Part shown: in pieces, positions 38,420 through 50,053 of the stretch
How the letters are laid out: every line of letters begins with the position of its first letter
How positions within the stretch are numbered: the first letter of the stretch is position 1
Assembly: GCA_963796685.1 (NCBI GenBank)
Contig: CAWCMR010000015.1
Span: forward strand, 288,001-352,000
DNA from: an uncultured delta proteobacterium
GTDB lineage: Bacteria > Myxococcota_A > Polyangia > Fen-1088
Length of the DNA stretch: 64,000 bases
Direction of reading: 5' to 3'
Notes under the pieces: model-generated
Databases searched by the model: none
Told to the model about the DNA's origin: nothing
Seen by the model: only the letters and a program-made list of their open reading frames with translations
Position numbers and translations under genes: made by a program

Positions 38420-39517
38420 CTACTTTCGGCCGGCTTCGTACTCGCCGAACAGCCGGCCCCAGGAGGTGTCGCGTTTCCAGTTCTCGAAGGTCTTCTTGTC
38501 CTTCATCGGCCAGCGGTAGTAGTCGTGGTAGCTCTCGCTGCCGAACACGAACATGTGCACGAGCGGCGTGTGGAAGAAGAGCTTCTGGATGGCCTTGAGC
38601 GGGCCGAACCACAAGAGGTCCCCCACGTGGCTGGCCAGGTTGTCGCCGACGGAGAATCCCCAGCTTTCGCCCGCGATGTCGTCGCCGACGATCTCGATGT
38701 CGCGGGGATCGCCGACCCCCAGCTTGTCCTCGTGGGCGACGGAGATGTACTCCAGTTTCATGGGGTCGAAGCCCATCATCTTGGCCGCGACCGCGTCGAT
38801 GGCGACCTGGTCGGAGCTGGCCAACATATAGTCCTTGATGACGGGAATCATGGTGCGCGGGCCGGGGCCATTGCCGGCCGTGGTGCCGTCCATGATGGCG
38901 AAGATGCCGGAATGGATCTCTTTCTGGATGGCGAGCAGGTCGACGAGCGTACGGTGGATCCAGCTATGGGTGTAGTGCCTGCGCGTGTTGAGCAACCCGC
39001 CGAAGGCGTTCTTCATCGCGCCCGTCGTCGTCGTGTAGATGTGGCACTTGACCGTGGGCAGATGGACGATGTTCTTGCCCTGAAAGTAGTCGGGAATCAT
39101 GATGCCGTCGGGAAAGATCCTGGGCAGCACGTGCATGCGTGCCTTCGGTTTGTATTCGATCCAGCGCATGTCCGTCTCTTTGAAGTTGTACAGCACCGGG
39201 ATGTCGTACTTGCGGAACAGCGGCACGTAGTGGTTCAGATCCTCACCCTTGAAGGCGTTGGTCACCACGGTCTTGTTCTGCACGCACGAGATGTCGCCGA
39301 GTCCGGCCCCGCGCAGAGCCTGGATGGTTCCTTCCATCTGCCACGGCGTGGTGTTTGCTGCCGGAAATGGATAGTGCCACGAGATGTTGTCCTTCAAGAT
39401 GGTGGTCTTGCCCGGGGCCAACGCCTCCTTCATGCCCGCCAGCTCGCACAAACGCGCGATGTCGGTCAGGATGGTTTCGGGTTTACACTTGAGGACTGCA
39501 ACTTTTGCTTTGGCCAT
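38420..39517 (-). CDS. DUF362 domain protein
   Basis: ILKDN, LPTVKCH, TTGAMKN, DQVAIDAVAAKMMG. Confidence 0.9.
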   Translation of the reverse strand: MAKAKVAVLKCKPETILTDIARLCELAGMKEALAPGKTTILKDNISWHYPFPAANTTPWQMEGTIQALRGAGLGDISCVQNKTVVTNAFKGEDLNHYVPLFRKYDIPVLYNFKETDMRWIEYKPKARMHVLPRIFPDGIMIPDYFQGKNIVHLPTVKCHIYTTTTGAMKNAFGGLLNTRRHYTHSWIHRTLVDLLAIQKEIHSGIFAIMDGTTAGNGPGPRTMIPVIKDYMLASSDQVAIDAVAAKMMGFDPMKLEYISVAHEDKLGVGDPRDIEIVGDDIAGESWGFSVGDNLASHVGDLLWFGPLKAIQKLFFHTPLVHMFVFGSESYHDYYRWPMKDKKTFENWKRDTSWGRLFGEYEAGRK

Positions 39518-39653
39518 GGCTTCTTCTCTCGCCTAACTGATACCAGGTCGCCGTTCGCGCTGCCAGAGTCGCGGTTTGCAATCCAGCCCGCCCTGCCACC
39601 CCCGGCGCTGCGCGCGGCCTCGAATCGCGACCTCGACCGACGGCGCCAGATAT

Positions 39654-39687
39654 GAAAAGGGCCTCCCGGCGTGATGCCAGAAGGCCC
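39654..39687 (-). terminator. Rho-independent terminator of the AEK-repeat gene
   Basis: GGGCCTTCTGGC-ATCAC-GCCGGGAGGCCC followed by TTTT on minus strand. Confidence 0.7.
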
Positions 39688-39713
39688 ACAGAGCAGGGCT
39701 GTTTCGGCCCCGG

Positions 39714-40307
39714 CTACTTCTTCTCGGCCTTGGGGGCTTCGGCCTTCTCGGCCTTTTCGGCCTTCTCGGCCTTGCCCTCTTTGGCCTTTTCGGCCTTCTC
39801 GGCCTTGCCCTCTTTGGCCTTTTCGGCCTTCTCAGCCTTGGCTTCTTTGGCCTTCTCGGCCTTTTCGGCTTTCTCGGCCTTGGCCTTCTCGGCCTTTTCG
39901 GCTTTCTCGGCCTTGGCCTTCTCGGCCTTTTCGGCCTTTTCAGCCTTGGCAGCTTCGGCCTTCTCTTTGGCGGCCTTGGCCTTCTCTTCCTTTTCGGCCT
40001 TGGCCTTCTCGGCCTTTTCGGCCTTTTCAGCCTTGGCAGCTTCGGCCTTCTCTTTGGCGGCCTTGGCCTTCTCTTCCTTTTCGGCCTTGGCCTTCTCGGC
40101 CTTCTCGGCCTTGGTTTCCTTGGCCTTCTCGGCCTTTTCGGCCTTCTCATCGGCCGCGGCCGGCTTCTCGGCCTTCTCGGCCGGGGCCGTCATTGCGTGC
40201 GCGGGCTTTGCCGCGGCCGGAGCCGCCGCGGGCTTACCTTGCGCAAAGGCAAGCCCAGACAGCGGCAATGCAGCTGAAACTGAAAGAACCATAAGTAGAC
40301 GCTTCAT
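39714..40307 (-). CDS. Secreted low-complexity (AEK)n protein
   Basis: GGAGG RBS, signal peptide ending AFA, about 150 aa almost entirely A/E/K; 87-bp internal duplication. Confidence 0.85.
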   Translation of the reverse strand: MKRLLMVLSVSAALPLSGLAFAQGKPAAAPAAAKPAHAMTAPAEKAEKPAAADEKAEKAEKAKETKAEKAEKAKAEKEEKAKAAKEKAEAAKAEKAEKAEKAKAEKEEKAKAAKEKAEAAKAEKAEKAEKAKAEKAEKAEKAKAEKAEKAEKAKEAKAEKAEKAKEGKAEKAEKAKEGKAEKAEKAEKAEAPKAEKK

Positions 40308-40548
40308 CGATTGTCCTCCACGAGTGTGACGTTGGACTGCGGGCGCATCATACAGATGCGCAAGAGTATTTCCAGGACTAGTCGCCGAAACTTTCTGACC
40401 AGTGAGCCTTTTGGAAGCGGTGTGACTATTCGGCACGAGGGTGTGCAAATTCCACGCCTGCCTCGTCGGACGACGAGGATCGCGGATTCAGCTTTGCTTG
40501 AAGGGAATCGAATGTTCTGCGACCATGGCGGCGAAAGGTAGGCAGCGC

Positions 40549-41961
40549 ATGCGCAAGGTGAAGATCGTGTGCACCCTGGGTCCGGCAACAGCGGGGGTGC
40601 CTCGGCTGGTCGAGCTCATCCGAGCAGGGATGGACGTGGCGCGACTGAATTTTTCGCATGGCGAATACGCCGCGCACCGGACCATGTACGACGACGTACG
40701 CGCCGCCGCCAGGCAATCTGGCCGAGCCATCACGGTCTTCGCCGATCTGTGTGGACCCAAGATCCGCGTCGGCAAGATGCAGGGCGGACAGGTCGTGCTG
40801 GAAAGGGGCAAGACAATCGTTCTCGGCACCGGCGACATGCTTGGCACCTCCGAGCGCGTGTCCCACACCTACCTCGCCCTCGCGCGCGACGTGAAGCCTG
40901 GCGATCCCGTCCTCCTCGACGACGGTCTGTTGCAGCTGCGGGTCGAGTCGGTCAAGGGCGACGACGTGCTTTGTCGCATCGTCGACGGGGGCGTGCTCAA
41001 GGACAAGAAGGGCATGAATCTTCCCGGCTCGGCCCTTTCGGTGCCGGCCCTGACCGAGAAGGACAAGCGGGACATCGTTTTCGGCCGTGAGCTGGGCGTG
41101 GACTGGTTCGCCCTGTCGTTCGTGCGCGATCCGGGCGATGTCGAAGAGGCCAAGGCGCTCTCGGGCGGAATTCCCATCATCGCCAAGATCGAAAAGCCCG
41201 AGGCGGTGAACAACCTCGAGGCGATCCTCGAGGTGGCCGATGCCGTGATGGTGGCCCGCGGCGACCTCGGCGTCGAGGCCGGGAACGAAAAGGTGCCGCT
41301 CATCCAAAAGCGCATCTTGCGCGAGATCAAGCTCCGTGCGAAGCCGGCCATCACGGCCACGCAGATGCTCGATTCCATGGTGAAGAATCCTCGCCCGACC
41401 CGGGCCGAAGTGTCCGACGTGGCCAACGCCGTGCTCGACGGCACCGACGCGGTCATGCTGTCCGCCGAGACCTCCGTGGGCGACTATCCCGTGGAAGCGG
41501 TCCAGACCCTGGGCAAGATCATCGACGAGATCGAACGCAACGAGAACTACCTCACCGCGGGCCAGGAACGCCCGGACGTGCGCGAGCGGACGTTCTCGAG
41601 CTCTATCGCGGACGCCGCGGCGGAGATCGCCGAGGATCTGAATCTGGCCGCCATCGCGGTCTACACCGAGAGCGGCCACAGCGCGAATCTGCTGTCGGCG
41701 CAGCGGCCCCTGGCCAACATCGTGGCGTTCTCGCGCCACGAGACGATACTCAATCGCCTGGGCCTGCTCTGGGGCGTGCGCCCGCTGCACGGCGAATGGG
41801 TGCAAGGGGTCGCGGGCGTGGCCGAGCAGACCGAGCGCGAGCTTTTGCGCAACGAATTGGCTGCTCCGGGGGACAACATCGTGATCACCTTCGGCATGGC
41901 CCTTGGAAGCGAGCCATTCCAGACCAATGTGCTCAAGCTCCACAAGTTGAAGGGGCGGTAG
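40549..41961 (+). CDS. pyk: Pyruvate kinase
   Basis: KIVCTLGPA, RLNFSHG, IIAKIE, MVARGDLGVE, ATQMLDSM. Confidence 0.97.
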   Translation: MRKVKIVCTLGPATAGVPRLVELIRAGMDVARLNFSHGEYAAHRTMYDDVRAAARQSGRAITVFADLCGPKIRVGKMQGGQVVLERGKTIVLGTGDMLGTSERVSHTYLALARDVKPGDPVLLDDGLLQLRVESVKGDDVLCRIVDGGVLKDKKGMNLPGSALSVPALTEKDKRDIVFGRELGVDWFALSFVRDPGDVEEAKALSGGIPIIAKIEKPEAVNNLEAILEVADAVMVARGDLGVEAGNEKVPLIQKRILREIKLRAKPAITATQMLDSMVKNPRPTRAEVSDVANAVLDGTDAVMLSAETSVGDYPVEAVQTLGKIIDEIERNENYLTAGQERPDVRERTFSSSIADAAAEIAEDLNLAAIAVYTESGHSANLLSAQRPLANIVAFSRHETILNRLGLLWGVRPLHGEWVQGVAGVAEQTERELLRNELAAPGDNIVITFGMALGSEPFQTNVLKLHKLKGR

Positions 41962-44420
41962 TGCCGGGAGGCACGCGTCCCGGCGGCTTGCCTGCACGTC
42001 GTGCCTTGCTGCTTTCCTTTGCCGGGTTGGCCGGCGTTCTGGCGCTAGCCTACCTTCGGGTTCTGTTCTTCGGCGAGACCTTCGCGGTTCGCGATCACCT
42101 GACGTGGACGCTTCCCTCGCGCGTCTTTCTGGCCGAAAGCCTCGGGCGAGGACACCTGCCCGAATGGTGGGACGCTCTTCGTCTGGGTCAGCGCTTCGCG
42201 GCCGACCCGAACAACGGCGTGACCTACCCTGTGGCCTGGGCGATCGCACTCGTGGATCCTTTGTTGGGCGCGGATCTCCTGCTTCTGTTCCACATCCTGC
42301 TGGCGGGCGTGGGCGTACTGCTGCTGGCACGGCGCTTGGGCGCGAGCGCGCTGGGCTCGTTCTTCGGTGCCGCGGCTCTGATGACTTCCGGGTACATGGC
42401 CTCCATGATTGTCAGCGGCACCATCCTTCTGCCGCTGGGCTGGATGCCGCTCGTGGCCTGGGCGGCGCTCGGCATCGCCGAGGTCGAGGAGCGTCGCGAC
42501 TACGTGGGTCGTGGGTTGGCCTTCGCGGCCGTGCTGGCCGGTACAGTGGCGTCCGGCAATCCCGCGGGTGTGAACAGCGTGGTTCTGGCGGCGGCGATGG
42601 TGGCGTTGACCGCACGCCACCGACGCTCCGCCCTCGCGGTTCTTGCCGGCGCGGGGGTTCTTGCCGCGCTCATGGGCGCGGCCTCGGTGCTGGTGGCCCT
42701 GCAAACCCTGTCGGATAGCCCGCGCGCCGGCGGCTTCTCGCTGGCCCAAAGCGGCGCATGGTCGATGCATCCCCTGCGCCTGCTGGAGCTGATTTGGCCA
42801 CACGCTCTGGGCCATGGTCTGCGCCCCGAGCAGAACCTGGCCGAGTTGTGGGCTCGGGGTGGTGGCGAGCTGGAAGCGAGCTGGTCCGGCAGCGACTACC
42901 TGGGCGTCCCGGTGCTGTTCTGCGCGGTCTTGGCTAGTGCGCGCGACCGGGGCATTCCACGACGCTTGGGAATTCTTTCCCTGTTCTTTCTCGTCCTGGC
43001 CTTGGGAACCTTCACCCCGATCTACGGCGTCTATCGCGGAATCTTCCGCTTCGAACATGTCTTGCGCTATCCGGAGAAGCATCTGGCCACCGCGTTGGTC
43101 TTGTGGTCGGCCCTGGCCGGGATCGGATTCGATCGTCTCTGGGACGCGGCGGAAGACCGCCGTCGTTTGGTACGCATCAGCGCGGTGCTGGTTTTCATCA
43201 TGGCCGCGGGCTTGGTCGCGGTTCATCTCATGCGCGCAAACCTTGCCGACCTGATCGCGCGAACCAGTCTTGCCCGTGGCCGCGGCGTGGATGCCCAGGC
43301 TGCGCTCTCCGCGGTGTTGGATGGTGGCTTGGCCGCCATGGCCGTCACGGCCTTGTTGTTTCTGTCGTTGTGGCTACGCGACCATACGCGCCTCAGCCGC
43401 TTTGCCCGGCCAGGTTTCGCGGTCGTCGTGCTCGCGCAGCTCATCGCGCACGACTGGTCGATGCAAGTCCTCGTCCCTCGCGATCTGGTCAGAAGGTTGC
43501 CCGCGATTCTCGAACCACTGCCACGGCCGTCCCCGGGCGAGCTGCCACGCATTCTGCGGCGGGCGCACGACGTCACGCCGGTCACAACCTCGGGCGAGGC
43601 GAGGGCCACCTACCTTCATCAGCTTGCGATCCCCAACGAAGCTACGGGGTTCGGCTTTGCGCAGGTTCCCGGCTACACCATCGCCGGGACCGCACGCTTC
43701 GAGGCTTTCGTCGCGGCCAGCGGCAGATCGAATCTCGGACGGATCATGTCCTTGCTCGATATCCGCTATCTCATCATCGAGGCCGGCCAGGCCGCGAACA
43801 TGGGAATGCCGGTGCGAACGCCAGGGATGCTGGCGGGACATGTCGTCGTCGAGGACGAAGCACGTCGGCCTCGCGCCTTCGTGGCCTACCGGTACGAGCA
43901 CGGGCTCTCGGATGACCAAATCCTCGATCGGCTCTTTTCGCCCAACCGCTCGGACGTGGATTTCGGCGCCATCCGTCTGAGCGGTACCGGGAGGACCAAC
44001 GCTGCCGCCGAGGAGAATCCCAGCCCGTGCACCATCGAACGCCCGATTGCCGAACACGTGATCTTGCGCTGCCACGCCGCGCGCGCCGGGTACGCTGTCC
44101 TGCTCGACGAGTGGACGCCGGGTTGGACCGCAACGGTCGACGGGACCTCCGCGCCCCTGGAGCGTGCCGACGTCATCTTTCGCGCGGTGGCCGTTCCCCA
44201 GGGCGATTCCGTGGTGGAAATGCGCTACCAGACGCCGGGCTTACGCGCGGGTGCGCTGGTGTCCCTTGCTGGGTGCTTACTTTACTTCGTTCTCGGGCTG
44301 GGCAGGTTGCGCTGGCGTCGCAAGGGCAGGACCGCGATCGATCGCGACGCTGCCTCAGGTTTTGCGGGTCAGGCTGGTGGCCAGAATCTCCATGGCCGAC
44401 AGGTGCCCGGCAGGGGTTAG
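41961..44420 (+). CDS. YfhO-family membrane glycosyltransferase-like protein
   Basis: GHLPEWW...GQRFAADP, RYPEK, PGWTATVDG, FRAVAVPQG. Confidence 0.8.
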   Translation: MPGGTRPGGLPARRALLLSFAGLAGVLALAYLRVLFFGETFAVRDHLTWTLPSRVFLAESLGRGHLPEWWDALRLGQRFAADPNNGVTYPVAWAIALVDPLLGADLLLLFHILLAGVGVLLLARRLGASALGSFFGAAALMTSGYMASMIVSGTILLPLGWMPLVAWAALGIAEVEERRDYVGRGLAFAAVLAGTVASGNPAGVNSVVLAAAMVALTARHRRSALAVLAGAGVLAALMGAASVLVALQTLSDSPRAGGFSLAQSGAWSMHPLRLLELIWPHALGHGLRPEQNLAELWARGGGELEASWSGSDYLGVPVLFCAVLASARDRGIPRRLGILSLFFLVLALGTFTPIYGVYRGIFRFEHVLRYPEKHLATALVLWSALAGIGFDRLWDAAEDRRRLVRISAVLVFIMAAGLVAVHLMRANLADLIARTSLARGRGVDAQAALSAVLDGGLAAMAVTALLFLSLWLRDHTRLSRFARPGFAVVVLAQLIAHDWSMQVLVPRDLVRRLPAILEPLPRPSPGELPRILRRAHDVTPVTTSGEARATYLHQLAIPNEATGFGFAQVPGYTIAGTARFEAFVAASGRSNLGRIMSLLDIRYLIIEAGQAANMGMPVRTPGMLAGHVVVEDEARRPRAFVAYRYEHGLSDDQILDRLFSPNRSDVDFGAIRLSGTGRTNAAAEENPSPCTIERPIAEHVILRCHAARAGYAVLLDEWTPGWTATVDGTSAPLERADVIFRAVAVPQGDSVVEMRYQTPGLRAGALVSLAGCLLYFVLGLGRLRWRRKGRTAIDRDAASGFAGQAGGQNLHGRQVPGRG

Positions 44421-44654
44421 GGTATAGGTCTGTCGCGGCAGTCCCGTCCGCTTGTCGACGGCACCAGCATGGCGTTCGACCATGCCAGCGCCTTCCAACG
44501 CATGGATCGTGGCGAGGAAACTCGGCTCATCGAGCTCGATCTTTCCGGCCGTCCAGTCACGAACCTTGCGCACGATCTCGGGTTCATCGCTCTCACCGTT
44601 GATGAGCACGCGCAGCAGGGCGGCTTGCGGTGTGATCGATGATCCCTGGCTCAT
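44355..44654 (-). CDS. PadR-like winged-helix protein
   Basis: ALLRVL, IHALEGAGMVE, RQTYTLTPAG. Confidence 0.75.
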   Translation of the reverse strand: MSQGSSITPQAALLRVLINGESDEPEIVRKVRDWTAGKIELDEPSFLATIHALEGAGMVERHAGAVDKRTGLPRQTYTLTPAGHLSAMEILATSLTRKT

Positions 44655-44677
44655 GCAGCACATCCCCCTGTCTGGCG

Positions 44678-44950
44678 CTACTCCTCGTCCTCGTCTGCTT
44701 CCGTCGACTGACGGCGGAGCAATTCGTACGTCAACGTGCTTTCGATGGACGACTGCACTGGCACCGTGACTTCATCGTCGACGACTTCATTCGGTGCTGC
44801 CTGCGCAGGAGTCTTGCCGTGGCCCTTCTCTTGTCGGCTGCCTTCCTCAAACGCCGGAAGCTCGCGTGTCTTGTCCATGGGATTGGGAAGCATGACGATC
44901 GGGACGCCATCGGCGGCCAAGGGCACGCGCAGGGTTTTCTTCGTCGTCAT
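44678..44950 (-). CDS. Small hypothetical protein
   Basis: 90-aa ORF co-oriented with the PadR-like gene; no motif recognised. Confidence 0.5.
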   Translation of the reverse strand: MTTKKTLRVPLAADGVPIVMLPNPMDKTRELPAFEEGSRQEKGHGKTPAQAAPNEVVDDEVTVPVQSSIESTLTYELLRRQSTEADEDEE

Positions 44951-45030
44951 GGATTCGCCACCGTTTGCGTCAGGAAGATGAACAACAACCATACCATTGT
45001 ACTACGTCTGTGGCAGCGGCGTCGCGAATC

Positions 45031-45130
45031 CAATCAATCGCATCAATCGCACGCACATCAATCGCACGCACATCAATCGCACGCACATCAATCGCACGCA
45101 CATCAATCGCACGCACATCAATGGCACGAT
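45031..45130 (+). repeat. 15-bp tandem repeat (CATCAATCGCACGCA)5 plus degenerate flanks
   Basis: Exact units at 45041, 45056, 45071, 45086 and 45101. Confidence 0.95.
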
Positions 45131-45230
45131 TCGCTCGGGCCAGGGGAGGCGGCTCGGGCCACGGTGCGGAGGCGATGGGTGCGCAAAACGAGACGTGCAT
45201 GCTTTGCTCGGAACGAGTATGAAAGCTGCC

Positions 45231-46430
45231 ATGAGTGAAAAGGATCAGGACTTTGCTTCGATGCTGGCCGAGTTCGAGCAGCGCAATCCCGGTGGGGGAC
45301 GCGCGCAGGCGCGCGTGGGCGATTCCGTCCGTGGCCACCTGACCAGCATCGGACAAGAATCCGCGGTCGTGGAGATCGACGGCGGTGCCGGCGATGGGAT
45401 GATCGGCCTTGACGAGCTTCGCGACGAGGACGGCAATCTGACCGTCAAGCTGGGGGACGAGATCGAGGCGCGGGTCATCGAAACCATGGGGAAGAAGGGA
45501 TGCGTGGTCTTGCGGCGTGCGATGGCGCGCGGACCCGAGGCGAGGGCGGAGCTGACACAGGCGGCCGAGCTCGGCTTGACCGTGGAAGGCACCGTGACCG
45601 CCGTGAACAAGGGGGGCGTCGAGGTGACCGTCGCGGGCGTGCGTGGCTTTTGCCCCATCTCGCAGCTCGATAGTCGGCACGTCCCCGATGCCGCCGAGTA
45701 CGTCGGACACAAGTACTCGTTTCGCGTCACGCGCTACGATGTCGATCGCCGGGGCGCCAACCTGGTGGTGTCGCGCAGGGCGTTGCTCGAAGAAGAGGCA
45801 CGCGGTCGGGCCGAGAAGATACGCGCCAAGTTGGTGGTTGGCGCGGTCCTTCCCGGCGTGGTCTCGACCATCAAGGACTTTGGTGCCTTCGTGGATCTAG
45901 GCGGCATCGAAGGCATGTTGCACGTCTCGGAGCTTGGCTACTCGCGCACCACTCGTCCCGAAGAGGTGCTGGCGGTGGGCCAGCATCTGGATGTGCAGAT
46001 CCTGCGCATCGAAAAGACCGACGATCCCAGACGGCCCGAAAGGATTTCGCTTTCGCTCAAGGCCATGGCGCGCGATCCCTGGGAGGACGTGCGCACGAAT
46101 TTTCCTTCGGGAACCCAGGTCGCCGGCAAGGTGGTGCGTGTCGAACCGTTCGGCGCATTTGTCGAATTGGCTCCGGGCGTGGAGGGATTGGTGCATGCGT
46201 CCGAGCTTGGCGCGGGTAAGCAGGTTCGCCACGCCCGCGAGGTCTGCAAGGTTGGCGATACGCTGACGGTGACCGTGCTGGCGCTGGATCACGAACGCCG
46301 ACGGATCTCGCTGGGTGTGGGGGAGCGGACCGACGTGGTCAGCCAGGAAGACATGGATCGCGCGCGTGCGGCGGCCGGTCCGGCCCGGTTCGGGACCTTG
46401 GGTGATTTGCTCCGAGCCAAGAAGCCGTAA
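45231..46430 (+). CDS. S1 RNA-binding domain protein (short RpsA-like paralog)
   Basis: DFASML, RGFCPISQL, FGAFVDLGGIEGMLHVSE, FGTLGDLL; about 4 S1 domains. Confidence 0.9.
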   Translation: MSEKDQDFASMLAEFEQRNPGGGRAQARVGDSVRGHLTSIGQESAVVEIDGGAGDGMIGLDELRDEDGNLTVKLGDEIEARVIETMGKKGCVVLRRAMARGPEARAELTQAAELGLTVEGTVTAVNKGGVEVTVAGVRGFCPISQLDSRHVPDAAEYVGHKYSFRVTRYDVDRRGANLVVSRRALLEEEARGRAEKIRAKLVVGAVLPGVVSTIKDFGAFVDLGGIEGMLHVSELGYSRTTRPEEVLAVGQHLDVQILRIEKTDDPRRPERISLSLKAMARDPWEDVRTNFPSGTQVAGKVVRVEPFGAFVELAPGVEGLVHASELGAGKQVRHAREVCKVGDTLTVTVLALDHERRRISLGVGERTDVVSQEDMDRARAAAGPARFGTLGDLLRAKKP

Positions 46431-46449
46431 CCTCACCATCCTGGCAGAT

Positions 46450-46479
46450 CACGACCACGGCCTTCTGCGGCTATCGCGG
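46450..46479 (+). repeat. Copy of the right end of the 419-510 element
   Basis: CACGACCACGGCCTTCTGCGGCTATCGCGG is 28/30 identical to 482-511. Confidence 0.85.
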
Positions 46480-46601
46480 TGGAACCAGGGCGCCCCAGTC
46501 AAGTGGGCATTTGGCGGGGATGTTGGTAGACTTCAAACTGCGCCCGCAGCTCAACTGCTGTTTCCGGGTAGGTCGGAGACGCGGCGCGGAGTCCGTCCAT
46601 C

Positions 46602-47759
46602 ATGCTGTCAGGTCAAGATCCTCGGCCGGCGACGATCACCGTCGAAGGGCATCTGACGCTTTCCGCCACCATCAACTGGCACCTGTCGGCGCGCAAGATC
46701 GACCTGCGCGCGCTCTTACGCGTGATTCTCGGTCCGGCGAAGGTGGTGGATCAGGCCCCCTTGCTCGAGGCTCTCAACTACTTGCACCAGGCCTACGGCG
46801 ACCGGCGGCGCAAGAATGGGCCGGCGGCCGTGCTGCACTGTCTGCGTATCGCCGCCATGCTGGCCCGGGTGATGCCGGCGCCAACCACGCTCGACCTGCT
46901 GGGCGCGTTCCTCCACGACAAGGAAGAAGATCTCACGCGCGAAGAGTTGGGCTCGACCGAGTGGGATCGATTGCAGTCCGAGTTCGCCCGGGTACTCGAA
47001 AAGATCGATTCCAACCATCGCTGGTTCCTGGGTGAGCGCATTGCCCTGCTATGGCGGCAGTCATCGCAGTCCTACTACGAATATGTCGGCACGGTGCTAT
47101 CCAAGGTACGCACCATGCCCGACCTCTTGCGCTGCAAGCTGGCGGATCGTCTGGACAACACCCTGGACATCGCGGTTCAGCGTACCCCCACCGACCAGAA
47201 CGCATTCTTCGAGCTGGCTTTCGGGATGCTGTTCTTGCCGGGCTATCAGCCTGCGACGAACGATGGCGCGGTCGTTCCCGATGTCGAGGCGTGCGTGCTG
47301 CTCATCTCACAGCTCTTCAAGAACGTGGTGCTCATGAGCATGATGCGCCAGCAGGAGCTCGATCACCTGGACGACACCACCACCCGCCTCTTCCACGCTC
47401 TGGCCACCACCAGCCGCGAGCAAGCGCAATGGGCCGTGTCGGGCCTGCTCTCCGCGCCTTCGCTGGGGTGGCAAGAGCGGCGCAATCTCTTGCGCGAAAT
47501 GATGGACTACTGCTCGGGAGGGGGCATGGACGCCATTCGTCGCAAGGACAAGGGCGGCCTGCTCGACGGAAGTTTCCTCGAACACTTCGCCAATCCCGAC
47601 GATCGGACGCGCAAGAAACAGATCGAGCGCCTTTACGACGACAAGCCGCTCTTCATTCGCGTGCTCGTGCTCTACATCGGGATGTTCACCAACTTCCTCG
47701 CCGATTCGCACTACTACCTGCACGGCATCGACCGCTCCGGCCTGCATGCGGTGGACTAG
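46602..47759 (+). CDS. RelA/SpoT-type HD hydrolase domain protein with unknown C-terminal region
   Basis: YGDRRRKNG..AVLH, GAFLHDKEED, KLADRLDN. Confidence 0.7.
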   Translation: MLSGQDPRPATITVEGHLTLSATINWHLSARKIDLRALLRVILGPAKVVDQAPLLEALNYLHQAYGDRRRKNGPAAVLHCLRIAAMLARVMPAPTTLDLLGAFLHDKEEDLTREELGSTEWDRLQSEFARVLEKIDSNHRWFLGERIALLWRQSSQSYYEYVGTVLSKVRTMPDLLRCKLADRLDNTLDIAVQRTPTDQNAFFELAFGMLFLPGYQPATNDGAVVPDVEACVLLISQLFKNVVLMSMMRQQELDHLDDTTTRLFHALATTSREQAQWAVSGLLSAPSLGWQERRNLLREMMDYCSGGGMDAIRRKDKGGLLDGSFLEHFANPDDRTRKKQIERLYDDKPLFIRVLVLYIGMFTNFLADSHYYLHGIDRSGLHAVD

Positions 47760-47802
47760 CCCGCAGAGAAATGGTCTTGGTGCGACCCATGAGTAGTTCG
47801 GG

Positions 47803-49927
<2,125 letters not shown>

Positions 49928-49958
49928 CTACCGGGCAAAGCCCGGTTTCGCCATCGCG

Positions 49959-49994
49959 ACCAGAGCACAGAGGACGCAGAGAACACGGACAGCG
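49959..49994. repeat. Imperfect 9-mer CAGAG-type intergenic repeat
   Basis: CAGAGCACAGAGGACGCAGAGAACACGGACAGCG shares GAGsACGCAGAGA with 1287-1299. Confidence 0.45.
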
Positions 49995-50053
49995 GCCTCG
50001 GCAGCGCCAGGCAATCCCTTGGATTCAGGAGGAATTCACCCCGTTCGGTGCTG

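Noticed and set aside
39533-40329. Arg/Pro/Lys histone-like ORF and antisense (AFS)n ORF
   Set aside because: These are alternative frames of the AEK repeat; only the AEK frame has an RBS, signal peptide and terminator
45031-45130. CRISPR array
   Set aside because: Units are contiguous with no spacers, only 15 bp long, and there are no cas genes; the same applies to the arrays at 443 and 11004
44997-45230. N-terminal (HINRT)n extension of the S1 protein
   Set aside because: It is the translation of the tandem repeat; the S1-like sequence begins at MSEKDQDF
49930-49946. c-di-GMP-I riboswitch (GGGCAAAGCCC hairpin)
   Set aside because: No P2 GNRA stem or P3 receptor; it is a simple hairpin on the wrong strand for ligA
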